This document shows positions 57,656 through 64,000 of a stretch of 64,000 nt of DNA, in pieces; positions within the stretch are counted from its first letter, which is position 1; each line of letters begins with the position of its first letter. Source of the DNA: Parcubacteria bacterium RAAC4_OD1_1 (lineage in GTDB: Bacteria; Patescibacteriota; Minisyncoccia; Phycocordibacterales; UBA9973). The position numbers and the translations under genes are program-made. A model generated the notes under the pieces. It did no database searches and was not told the origin of the DNA. It saw nothing but the letters and a program-made list of their open reading frames with translations. Location of the stretch: NCBI GenBank assembly GCA_000505065.1, contig AWSN01000001.1, forward strand, positions 559,929-623,928, written 5' to 3'.

Positions 57656-58453
57656 ATGGAAATATTTCCAAAAAATCGCAATGAAACAAAAGATCAAAAT
57701 CAAATTGAATCTTTAAATCCAATTATTTCTAAACAGTCTGAAGTTATTAATAGGCAAACTGAAACAGAAAACTCTCAAGAAAGAGATAATCTTATTAATT
57801 CAAAAAGGGATGAGATTCTAGATATGCTTGATGATAGAAAAAATAATATTGAGAATGAAGAAGAAATAAAAGAAGGTATTGATTTTGTGTTTGAACAAAA
57901 TTCAGAATTAGAAAAAATCGGAACGAAAGAACAGTATTCTAAATATTTAGATACTATATTTCCTGACAGTAAAGTAACAGATATTGTTTATCATGGAACT
58001 GTTAATAATTTTGATGAATTTAATCTTAATTATTTTAATTCAAATTCTGGATCTAGAGACAGAAAAGATCCTGCTTTTTATTTTACTAGTAAAAGTATAG
58101 TTGCTAAAGATTTTTTATTTAAAAAAAATGGGAAAATACTATCTTCTTTACTTAATATAAAAAATCCAGAAATAATAGATGGTAAACATAAAAACCTTAT
58201 AGGCAAAAGAGGAGTAACCACATTCGTTGATATTCCAGGTTTTATAAAAAATGGTAAAGATGGAATGGTTATTAATGATGTTTTGGATATAGATCCAAAA
58301 GCTGGGTTAAAGAGAGTAATTGATGGTATTGGAAATGAAGAATATTATTCTAATATTTATGCAACTTTTGGAAATAATCAGTCTTTTATTCTAGGATCTA
58401 AACAAGATTTAGAAAATTTCAAAAAATTTCTTGAAAATAATAAAGACTCATAG
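57656..58453 (+). CDS. ADP-ribosyltransferase-like (ART-PolyVal-like) domain protein
   Basis: IVYHGT..FDEF, AFYFT, LNIKNP, DGMVI, YATF. Confidence 0.62.
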   Translation: MEIFPKNRNETKDQNQIESLNPIISKQSEVINRQTETENSQERDNLINSKRDEILDMLDDRKNNIENEEEIKEGIDFVFEQNSELEKIGTKEQYSKYLDTIFPDSKVTDIVYHGTVNNFDEFNLNYFNSNSGSRDRKDPAFYFTSKSIVAKDFLFKKNGKILSSLLNIKNPEIIDGKHKNLIGKRGVTTFVDIPGFIKNGKDGMVINDVLDIDPKAGLKRVIDGIGNEEYYSNIYATFGNNQSFILGSKQDLENFKKFLENNKDS

Positions 58454-58470
58454 TCCTAGTTTATAGACTC

Positions 58471-58524
58471 TAAAATACCCTTATTAACATTAGTATCGTA
58501 AGTACTGAACCCATATGGCTTGTA
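58471..58524 (+). repeat. degenerate direct repeat C
   Basis: taaaatacccttattaacattagtatcgtaagtactgaacccatatggcttgta. Confidence 0.45.
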
Positions 58525-58538
58525 TTTAAATTTTACTA

Positions 58539-58577
58539 TTTTAAAAAACAACCTGCAAAACAGGTTGTTTTTTAAAA
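58539..58577. terminator. bidirectional terminator
   Basis: ttttaaaaaacaacctg-caaaa-caggttgttttttaaaa. Confidence 0.7.
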
Positions 58578-58588
58578 TTAATTTTTAT

Positions 58589-59797
58589 CTAGATTTCATC
58601 TAATGCTTCATCTACTAGATCCAAAGATTCTTCAGCTAGATCTTTCGCTTCTTCATAATCTTCTTCATCAAAAGCTTCTTCAGCATCATCTAGTAAATCT
58701 TTCGCTTCATCAAGTAAGTCTTCAGCATCATCAACGTCTTCTCCATCTTCATCAGCCTCATTTATTTCATCATCCGCATCATTTATTGCATCTTTTGCGT
58801 CATCTATTGTTTCTTCTGCATCATCTTTGTCACTATTTTTACCTATTGCATCAATGGCATCATTTGCTAAATCTTTTGCTTCGTCGGCTAAATCTTCTGC
58901 TTCTTCATAATCTTCTTCATCAAAAGCTTCTTTTGATTTTTCTAGTGTGTCATTGGCATCATCTAATATTTCTTCTGCTTCATCTATATCTTTATCATTA
59001 TCTTCAGCCTCGTCAATCTTGTCTTTAGCCTCATCGATTTTATCTTCTGCTTTATCTATAATATTTTCTACTTCATCTTTTAAAGATTCTCCACCTGCAT
59101 CTTCAAAAGCATCTTCTGCATTCTTGTATGCATCATCAGCGTAATCATAAGCATCACTATAATCTTTATCTATAAGAGCAATAATTGCGTCAAATAAATC
59201 TTCTTTAGCATCCTCTAGGTTACCTTCAGATGAAGAAGTATTTTCATCACTATCCTCAATCTGATCTTCTGCGTCGTTAATCATCACTATTGCTTCCTTT
59301 ATTCTTTTCATAGCTTTTCCTTGCTCTCCTGTATTGGGGATAGTTGTAGATGGGGTATTTGTAGTTTCGTCTGGCTTACATTTTTTACCAGTTGTAATAT
59401 CATATATAGCAGATGAAGAACAATCAGTTGAAACAGTATTTGTATTTGTCGTATTAGAAGTATTACTATTAGTAGTTTTGATTAATGAATTATATTTCAT
59501 TCTAGATTTCATCCCAAAATATCCTTTGGATGGAGTTATGTTGTTTGCTATTTGCCAGCGGATAAGAGCTTTTTGTGTTAACTCTCCAAAATTTTCAGTT
59601 TCATTCCCCAAAGAGCCCACCCCAGAAGAAGATATTGTATATCCAGAATTATTTAGATATTCTTGTAAGCAACGAACATCTTCACCTTTAGAATCAATTT
59701 CTAAATCTCTAGTAAATTCACAACTAGATGCACTTACATTTAAAGCTAAAAACCCAACGATAAAAATAAATAATGTTTTAAAAATTTTTGTATACAT
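58589..59797 (-). CDS. exported peptidoglycan-binding protein with acidic helical repeats
   Basis: Signal peptide; GEDVRCLQEYLN..FGELTQKALIRWQ..GYFG; three A/D/E-rich helical repeats. Confidence 0.82.
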   Translation of the reverse strand: MYTKIFKTLFIFIVGFLALNVSASSCEFTRDLEIDSKGEDVRCLQEYLNNSGYTISSSGVGSLGNETENFGELTQKALIRWQIANNITPSKGYFGMKSRMKYNSLIKTTNSNTSNTTNTNTVSTDCSSSAIYDITTGKKCKPDETTNTPSTTIPNTGEQGKAMKRIKEAIVMINDAEDQIEDSDENTSSSEGNLEDAKEDLFDAIIALIDKDYSDAYDYADDAYKNAEDAFEDAGGESLKDEVENIIDKAEDKIDEAKDKIDEAEDNDKDIDEAEEILDDANDTLEKSKEAFDEEDYEEAEDLADEAKDLANDAIDAIGKNSDKDDAEETIDDAKDAINDADDEINEADEDGEDVDDAEDLLDEAKDLLDDAEEAFDEEDYEEAKDLAEESLDLVDEALDEI

Positions 59798-59985
59798 ATA
59801 AAAATATTAAGATTAATAAATAATTTAAAGTTTTAATTGAATTAGCATTTATGTTTATTATTAATTTAATTAAAACAAATATTACAATACATATTATATG
59901 CTTTATTTTAAAAAATTCAAACGATTATATGTCTTTTAAGTTCTATTTAATAAAATCAAAGCCGAGCTAATGCTCGGCTTTGATT

Positions 59986-60219
59986 TTAAATATTTTCTTT
60001 TAATTCTTTTGCTATATCTTTTGGCTTTTTCTTTGCAAAATAGAAGATATAAAATATATCTAATATTGCAAATGTATTTATTATCACAAGGATTATAAAC
60101 CACACTTTATGATTAAGCCTAGCTGATGTCCAAAGGGCATAAGCTTTCCATGGTAGAACCCAAATTATTAAAATTAGAAACAGCCACCAATTATTTTGTA
60201 TGAATATTGAATCAAACAT
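59986..60219 (-). CDS. small membrane protein (DUF5652-like)
   Basis: WVLPWKAYALWTSAR..WFIIL..NT..IL..FY. Confidence 0.75.
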   Translation of the reverse strand: MFDSIFIQNNWWLFLILIIWVLPWKAYALWTSARLNHKVWFIILVIINTFAILDIFYIFYFAKKKPKDIAKELKENI

Positions 60220-60273
60220 ACTTAAATGATAACAAAAAAGGATTTTTCTAGCAATTATGGTAAGATAATAAGA

Positions 60274-60690
60274 ATGAAATATTTAGGTATAGATTATGGA
60301 GAAAAGAGAGTGGGGCTTGCTATCTCTGATGATGGGGGGCAATTTTCTTTTTCTTATAAGGTCTTAAAGAATAATAACGAACTTATAGATAGTATCCATA
60401 ATATATGCGGAGAAGAAGAAATAAAGGAGATAGTACTTGGTGAACCAGAAGATAGAAATAAAATTTATGAAAAAGTTTTAAATTTTGAAAAAAAGTTAAA
60501 AGAAGAGCTTAAACTTCCGGTCTATAAAGAAAAAGAATTTATGACATCATCTTATTCTGGAATACAAAAATCAAAAGATATGTTTATAGATAGAAAAATA
60601 AAAAAAGATAAAGAAGTAAAGGATGATAGTAAAGCCGCAACATTTATTTTACAAAGATTTTTAGATAAAATTAATAATAAAAATATTTAA
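60274..60690 (+). CDS. ruvX: RuvX/YqgF nuclease
   Basis: YLGIDYGEKRVGLAISD, EFMTS, DSKAATFILQ. Confidence 0.9.
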   Translation: MKYLGIDYGEKRVGLAISDDGGQFSFSYKVLKNNNELIDSIHNICGEEEIKEIVLGEPEDRNKIYEKVLNFEKKLKEELKLPVYKEKEFMTSSYSGIQKSKDMFIDRKIKKDKEVKDDSKAATFILQRFLDKINNKNI

Positions 60691-60694
60691 TACC

Positions 60695-61048
60695 ATGGAA
60701 TACATAACTTTTGAAGAATTTAAAAAAATGGATATAAGAGTCGGGACTATTTGTGAAGTAGAAGCTGTGCCAGATACAGATAAACTTTTAAGATGTCAGA
60801 TAGATTTTGGTGAAATAGATGAAAATGGAGAAAAGAAATTAAGACAGATAATATCAGGAATAAAAGAAACCTATCCAGATCCTAGTGTGCTCATAAATAA
60901 ACAAGTTTTGTATATTGTAAATTTAGAACCAAGAAAGATAAAAGGCTATGATAGTAATGGTATGCTTATGGCAGTCGATGGGGTGGATGGGAAGCCAGTA
61001 TTTCTTGTTCCAGAAAATCCTGTATCTTCTGGGGTTCGAATTCATTAA
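60695..61048 (+). CDS. tRNA-binding OB-fold protein (MetRS C-terminal/CsaA-like)
   Basis: FEEFKKMDIRVG, DKLL, RQIISGI, VNLEPRKIKG..SNGM. Confidence 0.9.
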   Translation: MEYITFEEFKKMDIRVGTICEVEAVPDTDKLLRCQIDFGEIDENGEKKLRQIISGIKETYPDPSVLINKQVLYIVNLEPRKIKGYDSNGMLMAVDGVDGKPVFLVPENPVSSGVRIH

Positions 61049-61108
61049 TAATTTTTCTCTTCAAGGCCTTGCCTTGGGGAAACTTAAGGTAAGGCTTTTT
61101 TGAAAAAT

Positions 61109-61699
61109 ATGCTTGATCCAGTCACAATAATAAAGACAGTAGGGGTTGTAGGAATCATACTTATCGTTTTTGCAGAGACGGGGCTTTTTTTTGGTTTCTT
61201 TTTTCCCGGAGACTCACTTCTTTTTACTGCGGGGATAATTGCTTCACAGGGATATTTAAATATCTGGGTACTTTTGATTGGGTGTATAATCTTTGCAATT
61301 TTAGGAGACAGTGTGGGGTATTGGTCTGGGAAAAAATATGGTAGAAAACTTTTTGATAGAGATCAAGGTTTTTTCTTTCAAAGGAAAAGAATTTTAGAAG
61401 CAGAACAGTTTTATGAAAAGTATGGAAAGATGACTATTATTATAGCTAGATTTGTTCCTGTTGTTAGAACTTTTGCTCCTATTGTGGCGGGTATAGGAAA
61501 GATGCATTATAAGACATTTATATCTTACAATATCATAGGGGGTATTGTTTGGGTATCTTCTATGCTTTTGCTCGGATATTTCTTAGGAGGTCTTATTCCC
61601 AATCCCGACAAATATATAATTCCGATTGCTTTGTTTATAATTTTTATATCTTTTATTCCAATAATTTTAAAAATTATTAAAAATAATATTAAAAAGTAA
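61109..61699 (+). CDS. DedA family membrane protein
   Basis: FAETG..FPGDSLLF, GDSVGY, ARFVPVVRTF. Confidence 0.92.
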   Translation: MLDPVTIIKTVGVVGIILIVFAETGLFFGFFFPGDSLLFTAGIIASQGYLNIWVLLIGCIIFAILGDSVGYWSGKKYGRKLFDRDQGFFFQRKRILEAEQFYEKYGKMTIIIARFVPVVRTFAPIVAGIGKMHYKTFISYNIIGGIVWVSSMLLLGYFLGGLIPNPDKYIIPIALFIIFISFIPIILKIIKNNIKK

Positions 61700-61776
61700 T
61701 TTTTAATTCATATTAAGTATAATTGTTTGCTTGTATCTCTTTATTAAAAATTCGCTACGGGGTATAATATAAAAGG

Positions 61777-63420
61777 ATGAAGAATTTATACAATCATTAT
61801 TTTCCGACACCTACATATCTTGCGATGAATTCGTGTGCTATTGATATTTCAGATCAGTCTATAAAATTTGGAGAGCTTGTTCCTACTTCAAACGGTCTTC
61901 AGCTCGGTAGATATGGTAAAGAGAAGATTCCCGAAGGAGTTGTTGTATCAGGGAAAATTGAAGACGAGCAAAAGCTTATATCTATACTTCAAAATCTTAA
62001 AAAGAAACACAAAATTTCTTTTGTTAGAGTTTCTTTACCTGAGGAGCAAATGTATCTTTTTGATTTACTTATTCCTAAAATGGAAGAAAAAAATATAAAA
62101 GATACCATACTTTTACAATTAGAAGAGCATATTCCATTAAAAGCAGAAGATTCTATTTTTGATTATTCTATAATAAGACAAGATAATGACAATATGTTTG
62201 TTAAGGTTTCAGCTATATCAAGAGGAATCTTAGAAAGTTATCTTTATGTTTTTAAAAGTGCTGGACTTACCCCTCTTTCTTTTGAGCTTGAAGCTGAAGC
62301 CATATCAAGAGCCGTAGTACCTATTGGAGATTTGAAGCCGATTATGATTGTAGATTTTGGTGATACTAGGACTGGTATATTTATTTCTTATGTTGGAAAT
62401 ATATTTATGACCACTACTGTGGCTTTAGGAGGGGAGAATCTAACAAACATGATATCTAAAACTTTTTCAATTTCTTTTGAAGAAGCGGAAAAAAAGAAAA
62501 GATTATATGGATTGGGTGGGACTTCAAAAATAGAAGATATTTTTCCTGCAATATTAAATGGTATTTCTGTTCTACGTGATGAAATATCAAAGCAATTAAA
62601 ATATTGGGATGAGCATTGTGATGATAATATATGTTCAAAAAAAGAGCCAATAGATAAAATAATTCTTTGTGGTGGTGATTCAAACCTAGTAGGACTTTCA
62701 GATTATTTATCTTTAAGTCTTAAATTAAAAGTGGAGCATGCGAATGTCTGGACCAATATTTTAACTATAAAAAATAAAATACCAGAAATGACTTTTGAAG
62801 AATCCTTGAGTTATACGACTGTTTTAGGTCTTACTCTTGGGGATTATTCTGGTACAAATTTATCAATAATTAATGTTTTAACAGATGATGAAAAGAAACA
62901 AATAAAAAAAGAATATAGAAAAAGACTTTCAACTATTATTTTAAATATTATTGCTGTTCTTTGTCTTTTGGCTACATTACTTATGACACCATCATATTTC
63001 TTTTCTAAATCAAAAGAAATTTTAGCCGAAGAAAGATTAGAAAGTTTTAATCGTGATAATCCAGAGATAAATAGTAAAGATTTGGATAGTATGATAAATG
63101 AGATAAACAATAAACTAAATATTATTGGTACGACAGCACCCACTTATAATGCTTATGAAGACATTTTCATTTATCTTTTAGATTCAAGAGTAGAGGGAAT
63201 AAAATATAATCAAATTATTTTTGATAAAAAAGCACCAAACAAAAAAAGTGCTAGTCTTACAAGCATAGAAATAAGAGGATCTGCCAAAGACAGAGTAGTA
63301 CTTAGAAGTTTTAAAGATAAACTAGATGCTAATCCGAATTTTTCGGAGGTTAATTTACCAGTTTCTAGCTTTCTTGAAAAGACAGATTTAAATTTTAATA
63401 TATCAATCATTTTAAAATAA
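61777..63420 (+). CDS. pilM: type IV pilus PilM with fused PilN-like C-terminus
   Basis: AIDISDQSIK, VDFGDTRT, LGGE, ILCGG actin-fold motifs; then INVLTDDEK, TM and periplasmic domain. Confidence 0.85.
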   Translation: MKNLYNHYFPTPTYLAMNSCAIDISDQSIKFGELVPTSNGLQLGRYGKEKIPEGVVVSGKIEDEQKLISILQNLKKKHKISFVRVSLPEEQMYLFDLLIPKMEEKNIKDTILLQLEEHIPLKAEDSIFDYSIIRQDNDNMFVKVSAISRGILESYLYVFKSAGLTPLSFELEAEAISRAVVPIGDLKPIMIVDFGDTRTGIFISYVGNIFMTTTVALGGENLTNMISKTFSISFEEAEKKKRLYGLGGTSKIEDIFPAILNGISVLRDEISKQLKYWDEHCDDNICSKKEPIDKIILCGGDSNLVGLSDYLSLSLKLKVEHANVWTNILTIKNKIPEMTFEESLSYTTVLGLTLGDYSGTNLSIINVLTDDEKKQIKKEYRKRLSTIILNIIAVLCLLATLLMTPSYFFSKSKEILAEERLESFNRDNPEINSKDLDSMINEINNKLNIIGTTAPTYNAYEDIFIYLLDSRVEGIKYNQIIFDKKAPNKKSASLTSIEIRGSAKDRVVLRSFKDKLDANPNFSEVNLPVSSFLEKTDLNFNISIILK

Positions 63421-63421
63421 G

Positions 63422-63970
63422 ATGAATAATAAGAAAACCAATTTAATATTATTTGTATCCGTTATAACGACCATTATGTCTTTATTGGTATTTATTTTCT
63501 TTTTTAAAATTATTGAAAATAAAAATAAACACACAGGGGCAGTTTTATATACTTTACAAGAAAAGATTTTAGATAAAGAAAATTCTGAATCATTAAAAGA
63601 TCGTTTGGTGGAAATAGAAACGACATTTAACAAGATAGATGGTTATCTTTTTGATAAAGAATCCGTAGATACTTTTGTTGGGTATATAGAAGATTTGGGA
63701 AGTAGTGTGGGGGCTGAAATATCTGTAAGAAGTATTGATGCTATAAAAAATGAGAAAAATTTAATGAAAATAAAAGTTCATTCTAATGGAAGTTTCTCCA
63801 GTGTCATAAAAAGTATTTCTCTTATAGAAAATATGTCTTATAAAATTGAGGTTGTTCAGGTTTATTTAAATCGAAATTTAGAGACAGAAGAAAAAGAGGG
63901 TGAACAAACAAAGACCATTTTAAATAATTGGGGGGCAGATATTACTTTTAATATTAAAAGTTCTAAATAA
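63422..63970 (+). CDS. PilO-like protein
   Basis: TM, coiled-coil, GSFSSVIKSISLIENM; follows pilM. Confidence 0.65.
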   Translation: MNNKKTNLILFVSVITTIMSLLVFIFFFKIIENKNKHTGAVLYTLQEKILDKENSESLKDRLVEIETTFNKIDGYLFDKESVDTFVGYIEDLGSSVGAEISVRSIDAIKNEKNLMKIKVHSNGSFSSVIKSISLIENMSYKIEVVQVYLNRNLETEEKEGEQTKTILNNWGADITFNIKSSK

Positions 63971-63977
63971 TTTATAT

Positions 63978-64000
63978 ATGAAAAAAATATTACAGTATAT
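63978..64000 (+). CDS. start of next pilus-operon gene (truncated)
   Basis: ATG 7 nt after the previous stop, open to the window edge. Confidence 0.4.

Noticed and set aside
58603-59801. + strand His/Leu- and Ser-rich ORFs
   Set aside because: Antisense shadows of the acidic repeat gene
1-64000. Alternative genetic code (UGA=Gly, as in Gracilibacteria/Absconditabacteria)
   Set aside because: Conserved genes are full length under code 11, and TGA serves as a plausible stop (10678, 27247, 42222)

Overview
AT-rich bacterial chromosome segment (genetic code 11). The gene style and content suggest a Patescibacteria/CPR (Parcubacteria-like) organism; this is inferred from type IV pilus genes, a short PolA, a divergent HolA, few Shine-Dalgarno sites and many apparently leaderless genes. 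The housekeeping backbone (ruvB, pilB, tsaE, polA, holA, mutM, ruvA, rpsT, malic enzyme, ruvX, pilM/N/O) is interrupted by three accessory blocks. (1) A 14.8-kb island in tRNA-Lys(UUU) with a perfect 46-bp att duplication. It carries two tyrosine integrases, a two-C5-MTase/PLD-nuclease R-M system, a SAM-I riboswitch-metK unit, a putative glycosylase-fold gene pair and an ArdC-like gene. (2) A palindrome-delimited block with an ECF sigma cassette and a second, paralogous SAM-I riboswitch in front of an unannotated 27-aa membrane peptide and a second R-M system. (3) An ~11-kb decayed island at tRNA-Ser(UGA) with a compact putative biosynthetic cluster (oxidoreductase, ThDP enzyme, L-threonine-transaldolase-like PLP enzyme, racemase, kinase, phosphatase). 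This island is followed by repeat-separated polyvalent-effector-like genes. Several non-coding structures are also visible: a MITE with 4-bp target duplication, tRNA-antisense palindromic elements, a pseudoknotted RNA, an IR-closed yegP transcript and a GGTCG upstream motif. All family assignments come from motif recognition by eye, not database searches.
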